A DNA stretch of 64,000 nt from Gemmatimonadales bacterium (lineage in GTDB: Bacteria > Gemmatimonadota > Gemmatimonadetes > Gemmatimonadales > GWC2-71-9), in NCBI GenBank assembly GCA_965249575.1, contig OZ252244.1:640001-704000 (forward strand), written 5' to 3'. Made by a program: the position numbers and the translations under genes. How positions within the stretch are numbered: position 1 is the first letter of the stretch; every line of letters starts with the position of its first letter. This document shows, piece after piece, positions 19,591 to 29,460 of the stretch. The notes beneath the pieces were generated by a model. The model did not search any database. It was not told the origin of the DNA and saw only the letters and a program-made list of their open reading frames with translations.

Positions 19591-21027
19591 ATGAGCGCCA
19601 CGCTAGTCAAGCCGGAACACGCGCCGCAGCTCGAGCCGCGAAAGTATAAGACCAGTTTTGGCGAGTTCATCGGCATCGGCCCGAACGGCAACCTCTGGGT
19701 TGACGATTGCGACGTCGCCGAGCTCACCGACCGCTATGGCAGCCCTCTTTTCATCATGTCGGAGAACCAGCTCCGATACACTTACCGAGCGTTCCGTGAC
19801 GCGTTCCGCGCGCGCTATCCCGAGACGGAGATCCTCTTCGCTAACAAGTCCAATAACGGGCTCGCCATCCGCCACATCATGAACCAGGAAGGGGCTGGAG
19901 GGGACTGTTTCGGGATCACCGAGATGTACCTGGCCCTCCTCGCCGGAACGAATCCCAAGACACTCGTCCTGAACGGCTCGAATAAGGAAGACGAAGAGCT
20001 GGAGATGGCGATTGCCAACGGGCTGTGTATCAACATTGATGCAATGGACGAGCTCGACCGCATCGATGCGATCGCGAAACGCCTGGGCAAGGAGGCGGAT
20101 ATCGGCATCCGTCTCGCGCTCGACCTCGACCCCCTGGCCAAGCGCGAGGGTGTCGCCATGCACGGACCGGGAACACTGAAAGAGCAGAGCGATTCCACCA
20201 AGTGGGGCATGACGCGCGAGCAAACCGTAGAGATCGTGAAGCGCGCCCAGGGCATTTCGCACCTGCACCTGATGGAAATCCACTTCCACCTGAGCCGCAT
20301 GTCGAACGTCGCGGCCGATTTCGCGGTCATGGCGGGTGAGATGATCACGTGGGCCGGTTTGATCCGTGACAAAACCGGCTGGACCGCACCCACCATCGAC
20401 ATCGGCGGTGGCTGGACATTCGGCAAGTGGTACGGAACGGGCCCCAATACCCAGATCGACGGCGAAAGTGCGGCGGGCGCGGAAGACTACGCCCGGGAGT
20501 GTTCGAAAGCGATCAAGGAAGAGGCGAAGCACCTAAAGTTCCCCCTGCCGAAGCTTCGCCTAGAGCCGGGACGTGCCCTGTCGGGACCAGCGGGTGTGGC
20601 GGTCGGGACGGTCGGAGCCGTGAAGACCGGGGACAAGAAGAAGTGGGTCAATCTCGATCTCTCAACCAACCACCTGTCGTGGGCGGCCGTGCTCGACTGG
20701 TACTATCACGCGGTACCGGTCAGGAACGCTGGCGCCAAGGGAACGGAGACGGTCGACCTGGTCGGTCCGCTGTGCAACTCCGACGAGGTCGGACGCCAGC
20801 GCGAGATGCCACCGCTCAAGCGGGGCGATTACGTGGCCTTCCTCGACGCCGGGGGCTACTGCGAGTCGAGCGCCGCCCGATACAACGCGCAGCGCTTGCC
20901 GGCGACGGTCCTCGTAACCGGTGACACGGCCGAGGTGATCACCGACCGTGAAGAGTTTCGTGACGCGGCCGGCCGCTTCCGCGTGCCGCCGCATCTGCTG
21001 GCCGGCTCGTTCGCGCCCAACGGTTAG
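19591..21027 (+). CDS. Diaminopimelate-decarboxylase-like PLP enzyme (fold III), divergent
   Basis: YGSPLF, FANKSN, HFHLS, IDIGGG, LEPGRAL, VGPLCNSD. Confidence 0.82.
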   Translation: MSATLVKPEHAPQLEPRKYKTSFGEFIGIGPNGNLWVDDCDVAELTDRYGSPLFIMSENQLRYTYRAFRDAFRARYPETEILFANKSNNGLAIRHIMNQEGAGGDCFGITEMYLALLAGTNPKTLVLNGSNKEDEELEMAIANGLCINIDAMDELDRIDAIAKRLGKEADIGIRLALDLDPLAKREGVAMHGPGTLKEQSDSTKWGMTREQTVEIVKRAQGISHLHLMEIHFHLSRMSNVAADFAVMAGEMITWAGLIRDKTGWTAPTIDIGGGWTFGKWYGTGPNTQIDGESAAGAEDYARECSKAIKEEAKHLKFPLPKLRLEPGRALSGPAGVAVGTVGAVKTGDKKKWVNLDLSTNHLSWAAVLDWYYHAVPVRNAGAKGTETVDLVGPLCNSDEVGRQREMPPLKRGDYVAFLDAGGYCESSAARYNAQRLPATVLVTGDTAEVITDREEFRDAAGRFRVPPHLLAGSFAPNG

Positions 21028-21037
21028 GGATCGCGCG

Positions 21038-21820
21038 ATGGATATCGGAATCACGGGGCGCCGCGCCATGGTGTCGGCTGCCAGCAAGGGACTCGGGCGG
21101 GCGTGCGCGTTCTCGCTCGCTCGGGAGGGCGCCGAGGTCTGGATCACGGCGCGCACGAAGGAGCCGCTCGACGAAGCGGCGAGTGACATCGCAGCTCGAA
21201 CGGGAGGCACCGTGCACGCCGTCGCGGGCGACATCACGACGGAGGAGGGGCGAGCGGCAATCCTCGATGCCTGCCCCGCACCTGACATCCTCGTAGCCAA
21301 TCCGGGTGTGCGGCAGGTGCCGGCCGACTTCCGCACCATGGCTCGGGCGGATTGGGACCGCTGGTTGGATGCGCACTTCTACTCGTCATTGGAGCTCATG
21401 CGGGCGGTCGTCCCAGGCATGTGCGAGCGGCGCTTCGGCCGGGTCGTCAACATGTCGGTCAGCTTCATCAAGTTCCCGCAGGTGGGATTTGCCGCGAGTC
21501 ACGCAGCGCGGCTCGCTTTGAGCGGCGCCATTGCCTCCATGGTGCGGGAGCTCATTGGATACAACGTCACCATCAATACCATCTGTCCCGGACTGTTCGA
21601 CACCGATGCGCTGCACACGAACCTCCACGGCCACGCGAAGCGAGGGAACACGACGTACGAAGCGATCGTCGCAGACCGAAAAAAGAACTGCCCCGCGGGA
21701 CGGTTCGCCGATCCAGCGGAGTGCGGCGATCTGGTCGCGTACCTTTGCGCCGCACAGTCGGGCTTCATGACTGGGCAGAATATCATCAGTGACGGGGGCG
21801 TCTACCAAGGATTGTTTTGA
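21038..21820 (+). CDS. SDR oxidoreductase (atypical catalytic motif)
   Basis: SAASKGLG, PDILVAN, SHAAR in place of YxxxK. Confidence 0.85.
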   Translation: MDIGITGRRAMVSAASKGLGRACAFSLAREGAEVWITARTKEPLDEAASDIAARTGGTVHAVAGDITTEEGRAAILDACPAPDILVANPGVRQVPADFRTMARADWDRWLDAHFYSSLELMRAVVPGMCERRFGRVVNMSVSFIKFPQVGFAASHAARLALSGAIASMVRELIGYNVTINTICPGLFDTDALHTNLHGHAKRGNTTYEAIVADRKKNCPAGRFADPAECGDLVAYLCAAQSGFMTGQNIISDGGVYQGLF

Positions 21821-22539
21821 TGGACCATCCGGCAGACCGAGTCGCGATGATCTCCGGGGCCACCGGTGGCATCGGGGCGGCACTGACCCGACGCCTGCAC
21901 GAGGACGGGTTCCGGCTGTCTCTGGGAATCCGCGACACCGACAGGGCTCGTCGGGTGTTTGAGTCGATCGACACCGACCGGGTCCTGTTCCAACGCTTCG
22001 AGGCCTTGGACGGCGATTCCGCCCGCGCCTGGGTCGATGCGACCGCCGACCGCTTCGGGCGCATCGATGCCCTCATCAACAACGCGGGCGTCTTGCGCCA
22101 GATCTTCATCGACCAGGGCGAAGAAGAGCTGCTCGACGAACTCTGGTCTGTAAACGTCAAGGCGCCCTTCCGGCTCATACGGCACGCAATGCCGCATCTG
22201 TCCAAGACGGGCAGCGGCCGCATCATCAACGTTGCCTCGACGGACGCCAAGCGCTACCGGGAAGGCGTCTCCGTGGGCTACGCGATGACGAAACACGCGG
22301 TTTTGGCCCTGAGCCACGCCGCGAAATTCATGGGCTGGAAGCACGGGGTTCGCGTTACCGCCCTCTGCCCGGGAGCGGTGGACACCCCGATGATCGCCTC
22401 GATCCCGGGCGTGACACCGGTTGCCGAGCGGATCCAGCCGGACACGTTGGCTGAGATCGTCTCGTTCTTGCTGCGCCTTCCGAAGAACGCCTCGGTCGCG
22501 GAGTTGGTCGTCAACACGAGGTTGGAATCGAGCTATTGA
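21817..22539 (+). CDS. SDR oxidoreductase
   Basis: SGATGGIG, NNAG, YAMTK. Confidence 0.9.
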   Translation: MMDHPADRVAMISGATGGIGAALTRRLHEDGFRLSLGIRDTDRARRVFESIDTDRVLFQRFEALDGDSARAWVDATADRFGRIDALINNAGVLRQIFIDQGEEELLDELWSVNVKAPFRLIRHAMPHLSKTGSGRIINVASTDAKRYREGVSVGYAMTKHAVLALSHAAKFMGWKHGVRVTALCPGAVDTPMIASIPGVTPVAERIQPDTLAEIVSFLLRLPKNASVAELVVNTRLESSY

Positions 22540-22603
22540 CCGGCGGACCGTCGAACCGCAAAGCCGAGGCCGCTGGGGCGCTCCCTCACCTCATAGCACG
22601 CAG

Positions 22604-23925
22604 CTACGGCTCCAGGTCGAGCCGTCCGTTCCGGTAATCGAGCAGAAGACGCCGGCCGCGCATAACGTTCGAGCCGAGCTGCCCATCCGGCTTCCAGATT
22701 ACGGCCGACTTTACTCCGCCAGAAGTGGAGACTGCTCGAACTGTAGAATGTGTTGATCGACGAAGAGCGTCACGTCACGCACGCGTTGTCGCGTCACGGC
22801 CTCCCTGCCCCCCGCCCCTAGCGTGACGGCTCTTCTAGTCTCGGCCGGTCCGGCGTCGATCTTCGTGAGCGCCCGCACCCGGATGTGGGTTCCGGCGGCA
22901 CCCGTATCGAGGCCGAAGTTGAGCCGCCGTCCAGCCGCGTCCCGCAAAATGACCAGCGGATATCCCAACCAGAAGAAATTCCGCTCCCCGGCATCAAGGA
23001 TCCCCGCGCGGGTGATCGTCGTCCAGCCGCCGCTGTAGTCGATGTCAAAAGCAGCGTTTCGGAACAACGACCACCCGATGATGCCGTCGATCTTGATGAG
23101 CGGCACCCCCGCGAGGCCGAATTTCAAGTCCTCCTCGTCGAGTATGACCACCGGATGGTGCTTGACCTTGAGGCCACCAAGCTGCAGGTCGTCCACGATG
23201 CCCAGCCGAAACGCGACCGGCTCGCTGACCGAGGTGACCGCGTAACCGATGTCCCCGAGCGGCTTGACTCCGCACGATCGAGCCACGTGATCGCCGATGA
23301 CGCTCAGGCTGGCCCCAGTATCCAGCACGAACCGCCGCCTACAGCCGTTCACCACGACGTCGATGCGGGGGCTGCCGCTCAGGATGCGGTCGGTTCGCAC
23401 GCGAACGGGGCGATCCGGAAACGACAGTTCCTCTGCTGGGCGGCCACGCAATGCGTGGGCGAGCACGAGATCGGCTTCCTCGAGTACCCCGCCCGACGCG
23501 AGATCCGGCTCGGCGGCGGCCAGTGTCAGAAGACCCTCCCAGTCCCCAACGAACACCATGATCTGCCCGAGCATGCGGCCCGCCGTTTCTCGAATCCTCT
23601 CGTCATCGGTCGCCGCCCTCAAACGGGCCAAGCGCTCGCGCGCAACGGCGAGATCCGCCTCGAGCGTCGACGTCACGGCATCGAGAAACGCCCGCTCATC
23701 GGCGCTCGTTGCCAGATCCCTCGCCGCAGCGACCTCCAGATCCTCTAGAGCCTCCCAGAATTCGGTGTACCGCATTCCGGTTACCGGAACGGCCTCGGCC
23801 GCCGACACCTCGACCTGTCCCGCTTGCGAGACAATTCGTCCCAGGATGGCCCGGCCACCGAACACGAGCAACCCGATGGCGACGGCCACGATGCTGGTGT
23901 TCTGAACCTTTCGGGAAAGTGACAT
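22604..23925 (-). CDS. Membrane-anchored double retropepsin-like aspartyl protease; probable 1-nt frameshift near 22728
   Basis: FVLDTGAS...DGIIG and FGLDTGAA. The missing C-terminal motif PDGQLGSNVMRGRRLLLDYRNG appears in the adjacent frame and ends at TAG 22604. Confidence 0.8.
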
Positions 23926-24110
23926 GACGTCCCCTTGTCGAAAAACGAAGGCGACTTCAGTCACCCTACGGGACGCCCGGCCGTGGGTTTCGTCTACTCC
24001 AAAGCGTCCGCACCTTCCGCGTCCAGCACCGAGCCGAGCCCGATCCTTCCTGGACGTGAGAATCCCATCCCGCCTCGTCACGGAACGCCCCATCGCGTGC
24101 CCGTGGCGCC

Positions 24111-24908
24111 CTAGTTGCTGAGCTCTTCCGAGCGAATACGCGCGCGCCGGACTGCCTCCTTGAAAGTGTCCACCCAACCTTTTTCCTCGAGATACGTAAC
24201 CGCGGCGTGCGTCGTTCCGCCGTGCGAAGTGACGCGCCTCCTCAACTCGGCGGGATCGGCCGGGTCATGTTGCAGAAGCTGTGCGGCCCCGATGAACGTC
24301 TGATACACGAGGACGTACGCCTGTTCCCGCCGCAGGCCTTCCCGCTGCGCCGCATCGATCAACGCCTCAGCTAGATAGAAGAGGTACGCTGGTCCGGTTC
24401 CACTCACGGCAGTGACTGCGTCGAGCTGGCGCTCGTCCACGATGACCACCTTTCCGACCGTCGAAAGGATGTTCAAGGCTCGGGCTAGGTGTTCGTCGCT
24501 CGCGTACTGCCCTCGGGCAATTGCGGTCGCTCCCAAACCAATCGCCGCCGGCATGTTGGGCATCGAGCGAATAACCGGGGGCTTGCCGAGCGCCTGTTCG
24601 AACGTCGAGATGCGCACGCCGGCACAGATCGAAACAGCGAGCTGCGCGTTTTTGTAGGCGGGTGCCACCTGCTTCAGGGTTGTCCGGATGTCCTGCGGCT
24701 TGACGGCGAATAGGACCGTCTCAGCCGCCTCGACAGCCTCGGCCGCCGTTTCCGTGGTGGGCACGTTCAGGCCGTCACTCAAGAAGTATCGGCGTGCCCT
24801 GTTCGCTTCCGCCACGACGAGGTCGTCACGGTTCCAGCCGGAGTCGAGCAGACCTTCGGCCAGCGCTCCACCCATGAACCCACCGCCAATGATCGCGAGA
24901 CGCTTCAT
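24111..24908 (-). CDS. proC: Pyrroline-5-carboxylate reductase
   Basis: IIGGGFMG, AVKPQ, RSMPN, TAVSGTGPAY, VTSHGGTT. Confidence 0.95.
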   Translation of the reverse strand: MKRLAIIGGGFMGGALAEGLLDSGWNRDDLVVAEANRARRYFLSDGLNVPTTETAAEAVEAAETVLFAVKPQDIRTTLKQVAPAYKNAQLAVSICAGVRISTFEQALGKPPVIRSMPNMPAAIGLGATAIARGQYASDEHLARALNILSTVGKVVIVDERQLDAVTAVSGTGPAYLFYLAEALIDAAQREGLRREQAYVLVYQTFIGAAQLLQHDPADPAELRRRVTSHGGTTHAAVTYLEEKGWVDTFKEAVRRARIRSEELSN

Positions 24909-24985
24909 GCTGTAGCCCCCGTCCGGAGCGGGATTCGTTGAACCGCTGCGACCTACGTCGATCCGTGAGCCGCAGTGCGGCGCCT

Positions 24986-25221
24986 CTACACGAGGAGGAT
25001 CGTATACACGGCTATGGCACCCCAGATTATGTTCACGAAAGTCGACGGGTAGGCGCCGTAAAACACGGTGTTCGCAACGAGGCAGATGCCCCGAGCAGAT
25101 TGAGAGTCTGGTACGGGTAGGTGTCGCCCCGGACCCCACGGGTCGACACGAGCAAGTATCCCGTGAGAACGGCGATCGCTCCGATCCACCCGAGAACATC
25201 GACGAGGAGGCTTGTGGTCAT
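24986..25221 (-). CDS. Small CBU_0592-like membrane protein, frameshifted at a G-run near 25090
   Basis: LGWIGA...GYLL...YQTLNLLG in one frame, ICLVAN...AYPSTFVNIIW in the next; one extra G joins them. Confidence 0.7.
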
Positions 25222-25515
25222 GGCGTGTAGAGTTGAGGAGAGTACCGGAGTAGCCGCGCGGTGCGGCACGCCGATCACAACGAAGCGGCGCCAGCGGTCA
25301 ACTTAGGGAGCAGATCGAGCCCGAGCCAGTGCCACCCGGCTCCCGTCCAAGCACGGATCCCCGTCTGTTACTCTCGGCTGAGCTGACGGCCCTGACTCCC
25401 ACCATCTGAAGATCGTTGCCTGGACGCAGGGGTGGCGAGCACCGTGCCTTCGAGAGCGTTCGAGTCCACTGAGCGGACCGACACCGGCCCTCGCCCCCCT
25501 CGCTCCGAGGTATTC

Positions 25516-26529
25516 GTGTCGAAGTTACGTCCCACCGCGAGCATCGCGCTCTGGTTTTTTGTGGTTCCGGTCGCCTCGATCGAGCCCGCGGCGGCTCAGA
25601 TTCGCCCCGACCAGATGCGGGGCACGTGGGAGCAGGTCTCCACGCGCAACTTGGAGACAGGTGTCCTCGAAAACATCGGCGAGACTCGCGCCACGTGGCT
25701 CAAGTTCACCGGCTCGATCGCCTCCCAGATCTGGATGACGCGGGAGGGCCTCGTCGTACAGCCAGCTGAGCTGCGACGGCTCTCGGCCGAGCGTCAGAAG
25801 GAAGCGAACTACGCCAAGATCTGGGACGCCGAAGGAAATCCGCAATTCTCCGCGCTGGCCGGCTGCTACCGCCTCGACGGTTCCATGATGTATTTCACGC
25901 TGATACTGAATCTCCAGCCCACGAGTACGAATGGCAGCGGGATAGACACCATCGTGCAACTGGACGACCGGACCCTGGCGTACCGTACCGGCCGCACCCC
26001 AGAGGGCGGTTGGAGCCGGGAGCAAACCTACCGACGCGTGGATCGCGCATCAGCGCCGGGGCGCGCGATCGGCATGACATTTGATCCACAGCACCTCATC
26101 GGCACCTGGCAAACCACCCAGACCCGGAACCTCACGACTGGAGCCGTCGAACGCCTTCCCGCGACCAAGACGGCCTGGTTTCAGATCTCCGATTCGACGT
26201 GGACGTACATCACGATGAACAAGGACCGACCCATCGTCACGCAGCAGCAATTCGCCGGTATGTCGCAACAGGACAGGATGGCGGCGAACTACGCCAAGAT
26301 CTGGGATGAACGCGGACAGAACCGATTCTGGGGAAGCGCTGGAACGTACCGGCTCCACAACGACAGCATCACGTTCGTGCAGCGGACGATCTCGCTGGAG
26401 CCCTGGATGGTAAAGGTCAATGAGGTGACGGAGATGATCGTTCGACTCGATCGGGGGGCCTACGTCACCCGCTCGAAGCCCGACTCGAACGGGGTGGTGC
26501 GGGAATTCGTGAGTAGGCGAGTGGATTGA
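25516..26529 (+). CDS. Exported protein with two tandem lipocalin-like beta-barrel domains
   Basis: Signal peptide ending AAA-Q; repeated GTW...RNLxTG...NYAKIWD...G.YRL units 160 aa apart. Confidence 0.7.
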   Translation: MSKLRPTASIALWFFVVPVASIEPAAAQIRPDQMRGTWEQVSTRNLETGVLENIGETRATWLKFTGSIASQIWMTREGLVVQPAELRRLSAERQKEANYAKIWDAEGNPQFSALAGCYRLDGSMMYFTLILNLQPTSTNGSGIDTIVQLDDRTLAYRTGRTPEGGWSREQTYRRVDRASAPGRAIGMTFDPQHLIGTWQTTQTRNLTTGAVERLPATKTAWFQISDSTWTYITMNKDRPIVTQQQFAGMSQQDRMAANYAKIWDERGQNRFWGSAGTYRLHNDSITFVQRTISLEPWMVKVNEVTEMIVRLDRGAYVTRSKPDSNGVVREFVSRRVD

Positions 26530-26635
26530 AGAAGAATTCTCCGCGCCTCGCTGCCGGGGCTTGACCGCACTATGCTTTGATGCTCACCTTCCGCCTGTCA
26601 GTTCAAGTCGGCAACCCTCGACGGAGAAGCGAGCC

Positions 26636-27235
26636 ATGGTCGGGCGCACCTTAGCGTGCGGCGGGTTACTCGTCGCACTTACCGTTCCATCGTTGGCTCA
26701 GGATCGCCCGATGCTGGGACCCAAGGACGGTACCGACCTCCAACCGATGGACCTCGATCGGGTGAGCGTTGGGGTTGCCGCCCCAGATTTCACCCTCGAG
26801 GCGCTCGACGGAAGTCACATCACGCTGTCCGACCACCGGGGTCGGATGAAGGTGGTGTTGGTCTTCTATCGGGGGCATTGGTGACCCTACTGCGCCCGTC
26901 AGCTCGGGGAGCTGAGAACACTGCTGGACGAGCAGCGAAAAGCGGACACGCGGATCCTGGCTGTGTCGATCGATGGCAAGGAAGATCTTCAGAGAACGAT
27001 CGACCGAATATCGGAGGAGGACAAACGGCTTCCGGATTTCCCCTTCCTCTCCGACCCGGGACACCGGGTCATAGACCGATACGGCCTGCTCAACCCTGCG
27101 GGACGCGGCTGGCCTCACCCGACAACGTTCGTGATCGACGAGGAGGGCGTCGTGCGCTGGAAGTTCGTCGAGACGGACTACAAGATCCGGCCGACGAACG
27201 AGCAAATCCTGCGGGCCGTCGCCGACATCCCATAA
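26636..27235 (+). CDS. Probable selenoprotein: exported AhpC/TSA (peroxiredoxin-like) redoxin with a UxxC motif; UGA at 26882-26884 read as Sec
   Basis: Two ORF-track pieces lie in one frame joined only by TGA: APDFTL...VVLVFYRGHW-TGA-PYCARQLGEL...FLSDPG...PTTFVID; downstream hairpin present. Confidence 0.88.
26899..26915 (+). promoter_or_regulatory. Candidate bacterial SECIS stem-loop
   Basis: TCAGCTC-GGG-GAGCTGA perfect stem with a G-rich apical loop, starting 14 nt after the in-frame UGA. Confidence 0.65.
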
Positions 27236-27251
27236 CGCAGGCCATCCACTA

Positions 27252-27794
27252 ATGACCACTCGGGCTCAATGGTACCTGGTTGGTGCTATTGTCCTCTTGC
27301 TGGGGACGGGGCTGTTCGCCCTCACCCACTATCAGGCTGGCAAACTCCCGGCCGTCGCCGTGGGATCCGAGGCGCCTGCGTTTGAGGCAGTTACGCTGGA
27401 TGCGACCCCGGAGCGGCGGCGACTCGAGGACTACCACGGTCGGTTGATCCTCCTCAATGTCTGGGCGACATGGTGCTTGCCCTGTCGTGACGAGATGCCG
27501 AGCATCCAACGCCTGTACGACGAATATCGCGACCAAGGACTCGCGGTCGTCGCGGTGAGCGTCGACGATCCCGGGGCGGATGACGATATTCGGGAGTTCG
27601 TCCAGGAGTTTGGACTCACTTTCGATATACTGCACGATCCCCAGGGATCGATCATGCAGGGATACCAGCTCACGGGTGTCCCTGAATCGTTCCTGATTGA
27701 TGCCAATGGTAGGATCCGCCGCAAGGCATTCGCTACCGACTGGTTTTCCGAGAACAACCGGGCCGTGGTGGAGGCGCTCCTCCCAACCGATTGA
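27252..27794 (+). CDS. TlpA/ResA family thiol-disulfide oxidoreductase
   Basis: N-terminal TM helix, NVWATWCLPCRDEMP, GVPESFLID. Confidence 0.92.
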   Translation: MTTRAQWYLVGAIVLLLGTGLFALTHYQAGKLPAVAVGSEAPAFEAVTLDATPERRRLEDYHGRLILLNVWATWCLPCRDEMPSIQRLYDEYRDQGLAVVAVSVDDPGADDDIREFVQEFGLTFDILHDPQGSIMQGYQLTGVPESFLIDANGRIRRKAFATDWFSENNRAVVEALLPTD

Positions 27795-27905
27795 CCGTCG
27801 GCGGCGCCGCGGCCTCACGCGTACGCCGCGGCATCGTCACAAGGGGTCCCCTGACCCGGACGTGGGCGGCGAGACTCACATCGCACGGGCCCCTGCGGCA
27901 AGGAC

Positions 27906-28973
27906 ATGACCAAAGACGGCAAGATCGGTTTTGGGTTGGTCGGTAGCGGGATGGCGGGGGGGACGCACGCCAAAGAGCTGGCGTTCGTCGAGGGGGGCGA
28001 GCTCGTCGCCGTGTGTTCCCGCAATGAGGCCAAGGTCCGGCACTTCGCAAAAGAATACGGGGTGACGGGATACTACACCGACTGGCGACGGCTGCTGGAC
28101 GACGATGCAGTGGACGTAGTGTGCGTTCTCAACCCAACCGGACACCACGCCGAGGTCACCATCGCCGCGTCCCAGGCCGGCAAGCACGTGCTGGTCGAGA
28201 AACCGCTCGAGATTGACCTGCAACGCGCCGACGAGATGATTCGCACGTGCCGGGCCAATCGGACCAAACTGGGCGTCATCTTTCAGATGCGCTTCGGCTC
28301 GGTCGCGGCCCGGCTCAAGGAGGCGGCCGACGCCGGTGCCTTTGGCCGGGTGTTCCTGGCCGACGCCATCGACAAGTCGAGTCGAACCGCGGCTTATTAC
28401 GCCTCGGCCGCGTGGAGGGGGACGCGAGAGCTGGAAGGCGGTGGCTGTCTCATGACCCAGTCGATTCACATTATCGACCTCCTACAGCACGTCGTCGGAC
28501 CCGTGCAGTCCGTGATCGGGCGTGTGGCCACGAAGCAACACGACATCGAAGTCGAAGACACGGCATCGGCACTCGTTCGCTTTCAGAATGGGGCCATGGG
28601 CGTGATCGAGAGCACGACGTCCGTCAAGCCGGCGCTCAAGTCTCGTCTCGAGATCCACGGCGAGAAGGGCACGGTCGTGGTGAACGCACAATACGACCAA
28701 TTCCTTTTCTGGAACCTCGACGGCGACGCCAGCCCACCACCCGTGGAGCCGGAGGTCACGCTCGGTGACATCGACGACCCGTGGGCATATCCCCAGACCC
28801 GCCATCGCGTGCAACTGCAGGACATGGTCGACGCGATTCGTCAGGATCGTGACCCCGTGTTGACTGGCGAAGACGCGCGGAAATCGCTTGCTATCATCAT
28901 GGCGATCTACGAGTCGTCTCGAACGGGACGGGAGGTCACGGTCGACCAGGGCCCACACGCGGCCCGTGAGTAG
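27906..28973 (+). CDS. Gfo/Idh/MocA family oxidoreductase
   Basis: GLVGSG, GKHVLVEKP, GGGCLMTQSIHIID, EVEDTA. Confidence 0.92.
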   Translation: MTKDGKIGFGLVGSGMAGGTHAKELAFVEGGELVAVCSRNEAKVRHFAKEYGVTGYYTDWRRLLDDDAVDVVCVLNPTGHHAEVTIAASQAGKHVLVEKPLEIDLQRADEMIRTCRANRTKLGVIFQMRFGSVAARLKEAADAGAFGRVFLADAIDKSSRTAAYYASAAWRGTRELEGGGCLMTQSIHIIDLLQHVVGPVQSVIGRVATKQHDIEVEDTASALVRFQNGAMGVIESTTSVKPALKSRLEIHGEKGTVVVNAQYDQFLFWNLDGDASPPPVEPEVTLGDIDDPWAYPQTRHRVQLQDMVDAIRQDRDPVLTGEDARKSLAIIMAIYESSRTGREVTVDQGPHAARE

Positions 28974-28983
28974 CCGCTAGCCA

Positions 28984-29460
28984 ATGCGCCGGCTGGGAGC
29001 CCTTCTCGAAACCATCGTGGCCGTCACCCTGGGCGCGATGGCCGCCCTCGTCATTTACCAGGTCGCCGCGCGCTACGGACTCGGACGCCCTCCAAGCTGG
29101 ACAGAGGAGCTCGCCCGATACCTCCAGGTGTGGTTGGTGCTGCTCGCCGCACCAGTGTGCCTCGAGCGCGGCCTGCACCTCGCGGTTGACTATGTGACCC
29201 CCCGTCTTCCGGCCACACCTCGCCGCATCGTGCGTACGGGCGTCTTGTTGCTCATTCTCGTCTTCTCGACCCTGCTGCTCGTCTATGGCGTCAGGCTCTT
29301 GCGGGTGGCAGCCGTTCAGGTGTCACCCGCGCTCGGGATCTCCATGGTGTGGCCCTACCTCGCGCTTCCGGTCAGCGGTGCGTTGTTGGCCTTGGAGAGC
29401 ATCGTGCTCATCGCCAAGGGGAAGAGCGCCGCTGAGGGTGCAGTGGAAGAGGGTCTATGA
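28984..29460 (+). CDS. dctQ: TRAP transporter small permease
   Basis: WTEELARYL, HLAVD, SPALGISM; 4 TM helices. Confidence 0.88.
   Translation: MRRLGALLETIVAVTLGAMAALVIYQVAARYGLGRPPSWTEELARYLQVWLVLLAAPVCLERGLHLAVDYVTPRLPATPRRIVRTGVLLLILVFSTLLLVYGVRLLRVAAVQVSPALGISMVWPYLALPVSGALLALESIVLIAKGKSAAEGAVEEGL

Noticed and set aside
18651..21027. Calling these genes dapA and lysA (lysine biosynthesis)
   Set aside because: Active-site motifs diverge and the genes sit in an uptake/catabolic operon
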